Shown here: one piece after another, positions 1 to 9,996 of the stretch | Numbering within the stretch: the stretch's first letter is position 1 | Layout: each line of letters starts with the position of its first letter | From: Candidatus Velesiimonas alkalicola | GTDB taxonomy: Bacteria; Omnitrophota; Gorgyraeia; Velesiimonadales; Velesiimonadaceae | NCBI GenBank assembly: GCA_013626165.1 | Contig: NDHX01000001.1 | Coordinates: 100,817-164,816 of the forward strand | DNA length: 64,000 bases | Reading direction: 5' to 3' | Notes under the pieces: generated by a model | Database searches by the model: none | What the model was told of the DNA's origin: nothing | What the model saw: only the letters and a program-made list of their open reading frames with translations | Made by a program: the position numbers and the translations under genes

Positions 1-2
1 CT

Positions 3-779
3 TGTATATTATGTAATGAAAAACTAAAATTTGATAGACTGTTAAAAAAAGCAAAACAATTAGATTGTGATTATATTGCAACAGGGCACTATGCCAATGT
101 GTCCAAAGATACAGAAACAGGCAGGTTTGTTCTTTCCTGTGGAAAAGACAAAAAAAAGGACCAGTCATATGTGCTTTTCTCATTAACGCAAGGCCAGCTT
201 GCCCATTCAATATTCCCAAATGCAAGTTTTACCAAAAAACAGGTTCGTTCAATTGCAAAAAAATTGGGGCTTCCTATTTATAATAAAAAAGAAAGTATGG
301 AGATTTGTTTTGCCGGAGAAGGAAAGTATCAGGATGTGGTTAAACATTATTATTCTTCTGCTGGAAGGCAGGGGAATATCACAGACACAAAAGGGCAGGT
401 ATTGGGGAAACATATGGGGATTGAAAATTGGACAATAGGACAGAGAAAAGGGCTTGGTATTGCAAAAGAGAAACCTGTGTATGTTGTCCGAATTGAACCG
501 GAACACAATAAGATTGTGGTAGGTCCGAGAGAAATATTATGTAAAAAAGAACTTTTTGCAAAAAACATTAACTGGGTTTCTATTGAAAAGCCTGACAAGG
601 TTATAAAGTGTAAAGCAAAGGTAAGGTCAGCGCACCCTGCCTCATCTTGCACGGTTGAGGTTGTTGACAATAAATTAGCAAAGGTCGTTTTTTCAAGAAA
701 GCAGTTTGCAATTACACCCGGTCAAGCAGTGGTATTTTATAAAAATGGTATTGTTCTTGGAGGGGGTTGGATTGAATAA
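3..779 (+). CDS. mnmA: tRNA 2-thiouridine synthase MnmA (5'-truncated by window)
   Basis: Frame from base 3 reads CILCNEKLKF...IATGHYA...KDQSYVL...ESMEICF...TIGQRKGL...AITPGQAVVFY...GGGWI. Confidence 0.95.
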   Translation, partial: CILCNEKLKFDRLLKKAKQLDCDYIATGHYANVSKDTETGRFVLSCGKDKKKDQSYVLFSLTQGQLAHSIFPNASFTKKQVRSIAKKLGLPIYNKKESMEICFAGEGKYQDVVKHYYSSAGRQGNITDTKGQVLGKHMGIENWTIGQRKGLGIAKEKPVYVVRIEPEHNKIVVGPREILCKKELFAKNINWVSIEKPDKVIKCKAKVRSAHPASSCTVEVVDNKLAKVVFSRKQFAITPGQAVVFYKNGIVLGGGWIE

Positions 780-1602
780 GGTAACGAGCAGGAGCGCAGT
801 GGCAGAAATAAGGAATAAAGAAAAAAAGTTAGAAAATCTGCTAAAAAATATGGGAAGGGTTGTGGTTGCTTTTTCAGGTGGTGTAGATAGCTCATATCTG
901 TTAAGTGTTGCAAGAAAGGTATTGGGGAAGAAAAATGTGTGTGCAATTGTGGCAAGGTCTCCGACATATACGCAATTTGAATTAAAACAGGCAAGAGAAG
1001 TTGCAAAAATGTTAGATGTTAACTTAAAAATAATAGATACATATGAAATGAAAGACCCTAATTTTTATAAAAATCCTGTGAACAGGTGTTATTGGTGTAA
1101 GAGAGAGCTTTTTTCAAAATTAAAACAGATTGCAAAAAAAGAAAACATCAGTTACATTGCAGACGGAAGCAATATTGATGATATAAAAGATTTCAGGCCG
1201 GGAAGTATTGCCGGAAAAGAATTTGTTATAAAGCATCCGCTTCAAGAAGCAGGTTTTGAAAAACGGGAGATCAGGTTTTTTGCAAAAAAAAATAAACTAC
1301 CAAACTGGAATGCTCCTTCAATGGCCTGTCTTGCTTCAAGATTTCCTTATGGAAGAACGATAACAAAAAAAGAACTTAAAAAAGTTGAAAAAGCCGAAGA
1401 ATTTTTGAAAAAAATTGGGTTTAACCAACTCCGTGTAAGAAATTACGGAAATCTTGCAAGAATAGAATTGCACTTGAATCAGGTTCCATTGGTTTTTAAT
1501 GAAAAAATAAGAAAGGGAATAATAAAAAAACTTCATTTGCTCGGGTTTAAACATATTACAGTTGATTTGGAAGGGTATAGAACAGGAAGTATGAATTACT
1601 GA
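772..1602 (+). CDS. larE: LarE-family ATP-dependent sulfur transferase
   Basis: PP-loop AFSGGVDSS, NRCYWCK, DGSNIDD..DFRPG, PSMACLASRFPYG, DLEGYRTGSMN; probable TTG start at 772 after GGAGG. Confidence 0.9.
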   Translation: MNKVTSRSAVAEIRNKEKKLENLLKNMGRVVVAFSGGVDSSYLLSVARKVLGKKNVCAIVARSPTYTQFELKQAREVAKMLDVNLKIIDTYEMKDPNFYKNPVNRCYWCKRELFSKLKQIAKKENISYIADGSNIDDIKDFRPGSIAGKEFVIKHPLQEAGFEKREIRFFAKKNKLPNWNAPSMACLASRFPYGRTITKKELKKVEKAEEFLKKIGFNQLRVRNYGNLARIELHLNQVPLVFNEKIRKGIIKKLHLLGFKHITVDLEGYRTGSMNY

Positions 1603-1664
1603 TTAAACCTTTTCTTCTTAATTTTTTGTCTAACCCTGTTAGATGCAAAAATATAGAGTTTGCC

Positions 1665-1791
1665 TGAGCCCTCGGGGAGTTTTTTCTTTTATTTTCTTCC
1701 GAGGGCTCATCCTGAAGCCCAAAGGGCTGAAGGATCTCATAAGATCCTTCGTCGCTACACTTCTCAGGATAAGGGTCGGGAAACTTCCCGA
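1665..1791. repeat. Cluster of REP-like hairpins
   Basis: TGAGCCCTCGG/CCGAGGGCTCA; ATCCTGA..GAAGGATCT / AGATCCTTC..TCAGGAT; TCGGGAA-AC-TTCCCGA. Confidence 0.75.
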
Positions 1792-1827
1792 TTCCTCATA
1801 TTATCCAAGATCTAGAAAGAAGAGAAA

Positions 1828-2418
1828 ATGACTGCAATCAAACTGCCACAGCCGGAGATAAAAAAGGGAAAATCTGTTGAAGAATGTTTTAGAAATAGAC
1901 GCTCCATAAGAGAATATAAAAATACGCCTCTTTCTTTGAAAGAAATATCTCAAATTTTATGGGCAGCAGATGGAAAAAATATTGAAGACTATGGAAGAAC
2001 CTCTCCTTCTGCGGGGGCAACATATCCGATAGAGATTTATATTGCTTGTGGGAATGTTTCCGACATATCTTCCGGTGTCTATCATTACAATATAGGTACA
2101 CATTCTCTTACACTCATAAAACAAGGAGATATTAGAAGCAGTTTAAGTGAATCTGCACTAAATCAGATAATGGTTCTTAAAGCACCTGCGACTATTATAA
2201 TTGCAGGCGTTTTTGAAAAAACCACTTCAAGATATGGTGAAAGAGGAAAAAGATATGTGTTTATGGAGGCAGGACACTGTGGTCAGAATATCCATCTTCA
2301 AGCAGAATCATTAGGACTTGGGACTGTTATGGTTGGTGCTTTTAACGATGCTTCTGTGAGGAAGGTTTTAGCAATTAAAGAAGATGTTTTTTATCTTTGC
2401 CCTGTTGGGGAAAAATAA
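1828..2418 (+). CDS. SagB/ThcOx-family nitroreductase-fold oxidoreductase
   Basis: RRSIREY, RTSPSAGATYPIEIY, RYGERGKRYVFMEAGHCGQN, LGTVMVGAF. Confidence 0.9.
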   Translation: MTAIKLPQPEIKKGKSVEECFRNRRSIREYKNTPLSLKEISQILWAADGKNIEDYGRTSPSAGATYPIEIYIACGNVSDISSGVYHYNIGTHSLTLIKQGDIRSSLSESALNQIMVLKAPATIIIAGVFEKTTSRYGERGKRYVFMEAGHCGQNIHLQAESLGLGTVMVGAFNDASVRKVLAIKEDVFYLCPVGEK

Positions 2419-2567
2419 AGGCTACCAGCAACCGGTGCCCGGAGATTGGGAAAAATTTAAGTCCATTATCCACCATTTAGTTCACAGTTCATTGTCTATT
2501 ATAATAAGCCCCATTGGATGTAAAGTTATCTGACGGGGTAAAAAAAGGAAAACCAACAAAATCTTTT

Positions 2568-2829
2568 TCAACAGGTGGTGTAATTATTAGTTTTTTTTAT
2601 ATCCTCCTTTTTTCTACGGTACTTCTCTATGGTTTTGCCACTTTTTTTATAATGCTGTAATCTCATTATTTCGACACTATCCTCTAACAATTCTTCTTTT
2701 TCTATTTTTTCTTTAACTGCATTTTTTATAAATCTTCCTATTTTTAATCTTTTTTTCACAGAAGTTTTTAATTTCTTCTGTGACATTCTTACTTATTCTT
2801 ATTGGATAATTTCTTATTCCTGTTGTCAT
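2568..2829 (-). pseudogene. Frameshifted ribbon-helix-helix antitoxin-like gene
   Basis: RBS GGGGG then MTTGIRNYPIRISKNVTEEIKNFCEK; continues in another frame after an A7 run (2750-2756) as LKIGRFIKNAVKEKIEKEELLED. Confidence 0.5.
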
Positions 2830-3048
2830 ATTTCCCCCTTGCTCTATATTCGCAGGTGTGTCACAATTGTATAATTTTGTCAAATTTTTGTATTAAAATT
2901 TATTCCCCTTTTTATGGGGTGCCTATCTTCCTATCTCTCCCATTGGGAAACAGAAAAACCGGTGGCATATGCTGCTCTTTTCTCTTATTCCCAATGTCAC
3001 ATTTAAGAAGATATATTTTCGGGTAAGAATTGGTTATAATAATAGCGG

Positions 3049-4593
3049 ATGGAAAGTAAAGAAATTTCAAAGTCTGCCAGAGGTGTGGGGCTTGCAATAG
3101 CATTAAGCAGGGGCTTAGGCTTGGTCCGAGATATAATTGTTGCAGCAGTATTCGGAAGAAGTATTTCTGCACAGGCGTTTGTTGTTGCTTTCAGGATACC
3201 AAATCTTCTCAGGGACCTTGTTGCAGAAGGTGCGGCAAATGCAAGTTTTGTTCCTGTTCTTTGCGAAGAAGAAAAAAAGTCAGAACAGAATTTTAAAGAC
3301 ACTGCATTTGCATTGGGAAACATTCTGTTTGTTGCCCTTATTATCTTAACAATATTGGGGATGATATTTTCACCCTTACTTGTAGGGCTGTGTGCGCCGG
3401 GGTTTTTACTTGAACCCCAAAAATATAGCCTGACTGTTAAACTTACCCTCATTCTTTTCCCGTATATCCTTCTTGTCGGTGTTTACGCATTTTTTATGTC
3501 TGTCCTAAATGTGAAACATCTTTTTCTTACAAGCGCATTAGGACCGTGTTTGATGAATATCGGTATGATTGCGGGTGCATTGTCTTCATATTTTTTATTA
3601 CAGGGTTCTATATTCGGTCTTGCAGCAGGTGTGCTTGTGGGGGGGGTTTTTCAGATTCTTATACAAATTCCACAAATAAAAAAAAGTATTTTTTCGTGGA
3701 AGTTTTTCTTTGCTCCCAGTATGCCATCTGTTAAAAAAGCATTTAGACTTCTTTTGCCAAGGATATTTGGAAGTGCTGTATATCTTGCAAATACATTTGT
3801 AGATACTATATTTGCATCCCTGACATTTCTTGTTGGTCAGGCAGGTGTTATTGCAATATATTACAGTGGCCGCCTTTTTCAACTCCCGCTTGCAATTTTT
3901 GGAGTGTCCATTTCAAGTGTCAGTCTGCCGATTCTTTCTGCCTCTGCTATTGATAGTGATAAAGAGAAATTTGTTCAAGTCATTTCACATTCGTTAAGGG
4001 TTATAATCTCTGTCCTTCTTCCCTCGTCTGCTTTTTTTATAGCACTGGGGTATCCTGTAATAAAGGTTTTTTTTCAAAGAGGGGCATTTGATACATATGC
4101 TGTGAATATTACAAATGATGCTCTTATATTCTATTCAATAGGACTTTTTTCATATGGGTGCGTAAAGGTTTTGGTAAACGGGTTTTATGCGATGCAGGAT
4201 ACAAAAACGCCTGTCCAGATTTCTTTTATCTGCCTTATTTTAAATATAATATTAAACATAATCCTTGTTAGATTTTTGAGGATTTCTGGTATTGCACTTG
4301 CAACATCTATTTCAAGTTTTGTCAATTTTTCTTTGCTTGGAATAATATTAAGAAAAAAAATTGGAAGAATTGATGGAAAAAGGATATCTATTACATTTGC
4401 AAAAAGTCTTGTCCTTTCGGTGATTTTTGGTTTTTCTATATTTTTTTTATACATATTTTTCAAAAGTATTTTTGGCGATATAACCGGTCTTTTATTTTCT
4501 GTGCTTACAGGGATTATTTTGTTTCTCTCTTTAGGATGGTTATTAAAAATTAACGAGATATGGGAAGTTGTGCCGATATTGAAAAAAAGATAG
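3049..4593 (+). CDS. murJ: Lipid II flippase MurJ (MviN)
   Basis: SRGLGLVRD, AFRIPNLLRDLVAEGA, RLFQLPLAIFG, FYAMQDTKTPV; many TM helices. Confidence 0.95.
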   Translation: MESKEISKSARGVGLAIALSRGLGLVRDIIVAAVFGRSISAQAFVVAFRIPNLLRDLVAEGAANASFVPVLCEEEKKSEQNFKDTAFALGNILFVALIILTILGMIFSPLLVGLCAPGFLLEPQKYSLTVKLTLILFPYILLVGVYAFFMSVLNVKHLFLTSALGPCLMNIGMIAGALSSYFLLQGSIFGLAAGVLVGGVFQILIQIPQIKKSIFSWKFFFAPSMPSVKKAFRLLLPRIFGSAVYLANTFVDTIFASLTFLVGQAGVIAIYYSGRLFQLPLAIFGVSISSVSLPILSASAIDSDKEKFVQVISHSLRVIISVLLPSSAFFIALGYPVIKVFFQRGAFDTYAVNITNDALIFYSIGLFSYGCVKVLVNGFYAMQDTKTPVQISFICLILNIILNIILVRFLRISGIALATSISSFVNFSLLGIILRKKIGRIDGKRISITFAKSLVLSVIFGFSIFFLYIFFKSIFGDITGLLFSVLTGIILFLSLGWLLKINEIWEVVPILKKR

Positions 4594-5999
4594 AACAGAT
4601 CTCTCATCAGCCGGGTGTATATATTTTCAGGGACCACAAAGGAGATGTTCTTTATATAGGTAAGGCTGCTGACTTAAAAGACAGGGTAAGGTCTTACCTG
4701 AGACAGCCATTGTTGCTTAAAATCTCTATTATGATGCAGAAAGTAAAGGGTGTCCATATCCTTACAACATCTGATGAAAAAGAAGCCCTGCTATTGGAAA
4801 ATGCACTGATAAAACAATATAAGCCACCTTATAATATGAAGTTAAGAGATGATAAAGATTATCCTCTGATATGTATAAGTGAAGAAAAGTTCCCAAGAGT
4901 AGCAATCGGCAGAAGAAAAAGATTTTTAAAGTTAAAAGCGGAATGTTTTGGTCCTTATCCCGATGCCACTGCTTTAAGAAAAGCACTATCTACGGTAAGA
5001 AGAATAATACCGTACAGAACCTGTATAAATCTCCCCAAAAGGCACTGTATATATTATCCCTTAAAATTATGTCCTGCTCCCTGTGAAGGCAGGATTTTAA
5101 GACAGGATTATGCAAGTCTTATAAAACAGTTAAAGCTGTTTTTACAGGGCAAAAGACAGAAGGTTATAAGAAATATTCATACCCGGATGCAAAAGTTAAG
5201 TGATGAACAAAAATATGAACAGGCAAAGATTGTAAGAGACAAAATATATTTGCTTGAAAAAACTGTCCAGAGGCTAAAACAATCTTATGATGTAAGCGTC
5301 CCTTCAATACTTGGTGAATTGTTTGAAACAAAAAAAGATATAAATATTATAGAAGGGATAGATGTTTCAAATATATCCGGGGTGCATCCTGTGGGAAGTG
5401 TTGTAAGGTTTGTAAGATGCAGACCCTTTAAATCCGAATACAGAAGGTATAGAATATTATCATCAGAAAGAAGCGATGCAGGGATGCTTTCTGAGGTTGT
5501 TCATAGAAGGTACGGAAAATTATTAGAAGAAAAAAAACAGATGCCAGACCTTATTCTTGTTGATGGTGGAATTGCACAGGCAAATGCCGCAAAAAGGATT
5601 TTAAACGGATTGAGGATTTTATCTGTCTGTGTTGCAGGGCTTGCAAAAAAGCAGGAATGGTTATTTGTTCCGGGTAAAAAAGAGCCGATAGTTTTATCCA
5701 GAGATTCCGCTTCCCTGCAGGCTTTACAAATGGTAAGGGATGAAGCACACAGGTTTGCTATGAGTTATCATAAAAAAATAAGAAGCAGGTCTGCTATTCA
5801 TTCAATTCTTGATGATATTTCCGGTATAGGTCCTGTACGAAAAAGTAGGATAATATCAGAGTTTGGCTCTGTTGAAGGAATTATATGTGCAGGCTATGAA
5901 AAGGTTGCAAAAACCGCAGGTTGTAGTATAGAAACTGCAAAGAAGTGGATTGAACGGATGGTTAAATTTAGTCCACAGTTCGCAGTCCATAGTCGATAG
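4560..5999 (+). CDS. uvrC: Excinuclease ABC subunit C (short form)
   Basis: PGVYIF..LYIGKA GIY-YIG domain, LRDDKDYP, IEGIDVSN, PDLILVDGG, RDEAHRFA, HhH GIGPVR. Confidence 0.95.
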   Translation: MGSCADIEKKIEQISHQPGVYIFRDHKGDVLYIGKAADLKDRVRSYLRQPLLLKISIMMQKVKGVHILTTSDEKEALLLENALIKQYKPPYNMKLRDDKDYPLICISEEKFPRVAIGRRKRFLKLKAECFGPYPDATALRKALSTVRRIIPYRTCINLPKRHCIYYPLKLCPAPCEGRILRQDYASLIKQLKLFLQGKRQKVIRNIHTRMQKLSDEQKYEQAKIVRDKIYLLEKTVQRLKQSYDVSVPSILGELFETKKDINIIEGIDVSNISGVHPVGSVVRFVRCRPFKSEYRRYRILSSERSDAGMLSEVVHRRYGKLLEEKKQMPDLILVDGGIAQANAAKRILNGLRILSVCVAGLAKKQEWLFVPGKKEPIVLSRDSASLQALQMVRDEAHRFAMSYHKKIRSRSAIHSILDDISGIGPVRKSRIISEFGSVEGIICAGYEKVAKTAGCSIETAKKWIERMVKFSPQFAVHSR

Positions 6000-6020
6000 T
6001 CTATTAAAAACGGAAGGAGT

Positions 6021-8606
6021 GTGAAAATGGCTATAACAGGTTCTATTGTTTTATCCATCCTTGAGAGCGGATTTTCAAAATTTTCACAGCACCAGACTGT
6101 TGTAAGACAGTTGTCAAATGGCATGGATGTTATAGTGTGTTCAATGGGTGAAAACAATTCGGCATCTGTTCAGGTATGGGTTGCAGCAGGAAGCTCAACC
6201 GAATACCAATGGTCGGGGGCCGGTATATCACACCTTCTTGAACATATGATATTTAAGGGTTCATCAAAAATAACAGGAAAACAGATCGGAGACAGGGTTA
6301 AGGCTATCGGGGGTAAAATCAATGCATATACCTCACATGAAAGAACAGTATTTTTTATTGACTGTCCTAAAGAATATGTTAAAGATGCAATAGAGATTTT
6401 ACATATGATACTTTCGGAGCCTTTGTTTGACCGGCAGGAACTTGAAAAGGAAAAAAATGTAATATTAAGAGAAATGGATATGAGACAGGATTCTCCTGAT
6501 AGGGAAATATCTGAGACACTGTGGGAGACTGCATTCAGGGTTCATCCGTATAAGATTCCAGTGATAGGATATCCTGAACTTTTTAAGAAACTTACAAGAG
6601 AAGACCTTGTAAAATATTATAAGAATTTCTATGGCTCAGAACACTGTGTTCTTGTTGTTGCAGGTGGTATCCAGATTGAAGATGTATTAAAAAAAGCAGA
6701 AATATTTTTCAGTTTTCAAAGGTCCGGTCCTGTTAAAAATCCGGTTGCTCTGGAGCCTCCTCAACTTTCACAAAAAAAGATTCGCAAGACTATGCCTGTG
6801 GATATTGCAAGGTTCATCACTGCATTCCATGGTCCAAGTTTTTATTCACCAGACCTTTATCCGATGGATATGCTTTCTGTTATACTCGGGCAGGGTAGAC
6901 CTTCAAGACTCTATCAAAGACTTATTCAAAAAGAAAATCTTGTATATTCAGTGGACAGCTGGTCTTATACACCGAAAGACCCCGGACTTTTTGGTATATA
7001 TTGCACACTTGATGCAAAAAATTTCGAAAAGGTTGAAAGAATTATTTTTGAAGAAATAGAAAAAATAAAAGAACAGGGTGTAAAAGACGAAGAGATACAA
7101 AGAGCAAAAACAAAAATAGAAAGCGAATATCTTTTTTCAATCCAGACCGCACATGGAACCGCAGCAGATGTAGGTTCTAACTTTGTATTTACAGCAGACC
7201 CGGATTTTTCGGTTTTATATCTAAAAAACATAAAAAAGGTTGATGCTGTATCAATAAGAGAAGCCGTAAAAAAATACCTAACAAATGAAAGATCTGTTAT
7301 TGCAGAACTCTGCTCAGAAGAAAAGAAGACAGTAGAACAGGGTAAGACTGAAAAAGAGTTTTTATCTGTGGAAGAAATAAAACTTCACAATGGGATAAGA
7401 CTTGTTATCCGTCCGAATCCATATGCAAACCTAGTAAGCATAAAGGCTCTTTTCCTTGGTGGGTTAAGAACAGATGAACAGCCCGGCAGTTCCATCGTCC
7501 TTTCTTCAATGCTGGAGTCCGGAACAAGTAAATACAATGCACAGGAACTTGCACTTGAGATAGAAAAAATTGGGGGGCAGAGTTCTGTACATACAGGTTA
7601 CAACTCAATAGGTTGGACAATAGAGGTTCCGCCTGACAATACAGGGAAGGCAATGGACATAATGAAGTCTGTACTTGAAGACTCAGTTTTTCCTGAGGAT
7701 GAGTTCAGTTTAAAAAAATCTCAGGCAATTGCAATAGCAAAACAGGGTTATGAACAGCCCATACATATTGCTCTGAATAGATTGAGAAAAGAACTGTTTG
7801 GAAAACATCCCTACTCAAATCCTCCGGATGGGAATCCAGGTGATTTACAGGATATAAAAATAGAAACGGTTATAAAGCAGGCAGAAGACATAATAAATCC
7901 TCAAAATATGGTTTTATCAATATTCGGGAATTTTTCTAAAAAAGAAACAGAAGACAAAATAAAAGCATCTTTTGGTTCAATCAAACCTGGGAAAGAATTT
8001 AAAATTCAACAGATTCCTTTAGATTTTCCAGAAGCGCCGAAGACCATTGAAGAAGAATTTGATGGAGAAGGGGCCTGTATTGTAATAGGTTTTCCCGGCA
8101 CAACAATGTATTCAGATGACAGATATATATTAGATGTGCTTGCCAATGCAATGAATGACCAGGGTGGAAGTCTTTATCATAGGTTGAGAGATGAAAAGGC
8201 ACTTGCGTATAGTCTTGGCTCTGCAAATATATCCGGGATTGAACAGGGTGCATTCATATTCCATATACTTACATCTAAGGAGAATGTTAAAGAGGCACAT
8301 ACTGAGATACAGAGGTTTATCAATTCTTTAGCAGAACAAATAGAAGAAAAATCAATTGAACTTGCAAAGGCAGAAGCCATAGGCGCACAGGTTCTTCAAA
8401 CACAGACAGAAGGTGGGCTGGGATTTGCAGTGGGTCTGGATGTCTTGTATGGGATGGGGGCAGATAATCAGGAAAAAAGTCTTGAAAAAATAAAAAGAAT
8501 AAAAATAAAAGATGTAAAAGATGTAATACAAGAATATTTTAATCAGGACAGAAAGGTTACAGTTATACTAGGACCAAAGGATACCCAGAACATAGGTGAC
8601 AGGTGA
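6021..8606 (+). CDS. M16 (pitrilysin/insulinase) zinc protease, two-module form
   Basis: HLLEH inverted zinc motif, NAYTS; second module lacks HxxEH. Confidence 0.9.
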   Translation: MKMAITGSIVLSILESGFSKFSQHQTVVRQLSNGMDVIVCSMGENNSASVQVWVAAGSSTEYQWSGAGISHLLEHMIFKGSSKITGKQIGDRVKAIGGKINAYTSHERTVFFIDCPKEYVKDAIEILHMILSEPLFDRQELEKEKNVILREMDMRQDSPDREISETLWETAFRVHPYKIPVIGYPELFKKLTREDLVKYYKNFYGSEHCVLVVAGGIQIEDVLKKAEIFFSFQRSGPVKNPVALEPPQLSQKKIRKTMPVDIARFITAFHGPSFYSPDLYPMDMLSVILGQGRPSRLYQRLIQKENLVYSVDSWSYTPKDPGLFGIYCTLDAKNFEKVERIIFEEIEKIKEQGVKDEEIQRAKTKIESEYLFSIQTAHGTAADVGSNFVFTADPDFSVLYLKNIKKVDAVSIREAVKKYLTNERSVIAELCSEEKKTVEQGKTEKEFLSVEEIKLHNGIRLVIRPNPYANLVSIKALFLGGLRTDEQPGSSIVLSSMLESGTSKYNAQELALEIEKIGGQSSVHTGYNSIGWTIEVPPDNTGKAMDIMKSVLEDSVFPEDEFSLKKSQAIAIAKQGYEQPIHIALNRLRKELFGKHPYSNPPDGNPGDLQDIKIETVIKQAEDIINPQNMVLSIFGNFSKKETEDKIKASFGSIKPGKEFKIQQIPLDFPEAPKTIEEEFDGEGACIVIGFPGTTMYSDDRYILDVLANAMNDQGGSLYHRLRDEKALAYSLGSANISGIEQGAFIFHILTSKENVKEAHTEIQRFINSLAEQIEEKSIELAKAEAIGAQVLQTQTEGGLGFAVGLDVLYGMGADNQEKSLEKIKRIKIKDVKDVIQEYFNQDRKVTVILGPKDTQNIGDR

Positions 8607-8803
8607 CAGGTGACAGGTGGCTGATGGCTGATGATAAATGCCAAATGTCAAAATCCAAATGACAAAAAGTATGACCTGTTGATATCTATTTGACATTTAA
8701 CATTTGTTATTTATTTGTCATTTGTATCTTATTTTTTGAGAACTGGTGTTTGTAATTTTAAGACTTGCGCTGTTTTTCCATCACCGGTCATCTGTTGCCG
8801 GTT
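8595..8803. repeat. Nested inverted heptamer arrays
   Basis: (GGTGACA)3 then GGCTGAT; inner CAAATG(T/A)C / (T)GACATTT arms; reverse arm TCACCGGTCATCTGTTGCC. Confidence 0.7.
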
Positions 8804-8884
8804 GTATAAAATTATCCAGTGTCACAGGGGGTGGATCTAAAGATGGATGCCTGTAATTGCCAGTTATCCAAAGAACAGGAGCAG

Positions 8885-9790
8885 ATGTATGAACAGGTCG
8901 GTATTTTTTTAAATTATATGGAGATAGAAAAAGGGCTTTCAAAAAATACGGTTTATTCATATTTTTTAGACCTTAAAAAATATATTGAATTTCTAAATAA
9001 GCAAAATTTACATTCTTTTAAGTCTGTTAAAAGGGAAAATATTGTAGATTTTTTAATGGAATTAAAACAAAAGAAGAATGCTGCCCCCACTACCATATCA
9101 AGAAGGCTTGTTGCAATAAAGATGCTTCACAGGTTTCTTGCAAGAGAAAAAATTATTGAAAACGATATAACAAGTGTGCTTGAACACCCAAAGCTTTGGA
9201 AAAAACTTCCCGATGTGCTGAAGGTAGAAGAAATAGAAAAAATATTAAACATTTTAAAGACTGATAAGCCCATTGGTATAAGAAACAGGGCAATACTTGA
9301 GGTTATGTATGCCTCGGGATTAAGAGTTTCAGAGGTTTCATACTTAAAATTGGAAGATGTGAATTTAAGTGTTGGCTTTATAAAATGTATTGGAAAAGGA
9401 AGAAAAGAAAGGATTGTTCCTATCGGCAGGATTGCATCCGAATGGATTAAAAAATACATAGAAGAAGCAAGAAACAAGCTAAATCCTGAAAATGAAGAAT
9501 CTTACCTCTTCCTGTCATATCAGGGGAAAAGACTTTCAAGAATAAGCATATGGCAGATGGTCAAAGATACGGCAAAACAGGCTGGGCTTTTTAAAAAAGT
9601 AAAACCCCATACATTCAGACACTCATTTGCAACACATCTTCTTGAAAGGGGGGCAGATTTAAGAATTGTTCAAGAACTTCTGGGACATTCAAGCATATCA
9701 ACAACACAGATTTATACACATGTAGAAAAAGACAGGTTAAAAGAGGTCCACAGGAAGTTTCATCCCCGGGAAAATCCCTCTCCCTGCTAA
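8885..9790 (+). CDS. xerD: Site-specific tyrosine recombinase XerD
   Basis: KLWKKLPDVL, YASGLRVSE, GKGRKERIVP, PHTFRHSFATHLLERGADLR..QELLGHSSISTTQIYTHV, FHPR. Confidence 0.92.
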   Translation: MYEQVGIFLNYMEIEKGLSKNTVYSYFLDLKKYIEFLNKQNLHSFKSVKRENIVDFLMELKQKKNAAPTTISRRLVAIKMLHRFLAREKIIENDITSVLEHPKLWKKLPDVLKVEEIEKILNILKTDKPIGIRNRAILEVMYASGLRVSEVSYLKLEDVNLSVGFIKCIGKGRKERIVPIGRIASEWIKKYIEEARNKLNPENEESYLFLSYQGKRLSRISIWQMVKDTAKQAGLFKKVKPHTFRHSFATHLLERGADLRIVQELLGHSSISTTQIYTHVEKDRLKEVHRKFHPRENPSPC

Positions 9791-9996
9791 CTTTCTGATC
9801 AAACCATTGAAGGCGGTTTACGATTGCGCCGATGCGTTACCCTTGCGGGGAGGCAAAAATTTATATAATTTGATTCCAGATTAGAGACTGTGTTAAATGT
9901 AAAAAATTTATGGACGAAGGGTTATAATGCTATACGGGCCTTTGCCCAAATTTTGCTTTACTTCATTTTGTAAAATTTGTTTTGTCCTTGTTCTAA

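Noticed and set aside
8885-9790. Tyrosine recombinase as integron integrase or prophage integrase
   Set aside because: Typical XerD motifs and length, no IntI-specific insertion, no phage genes nearby.
9808-9856. GC-rich patch after xerD as a riboswitch (TAAACCGCC on the minus strand)
   Set aside because: Lacks the remaining fluoride or glycine riboswitch consensus and does not lead a gene.
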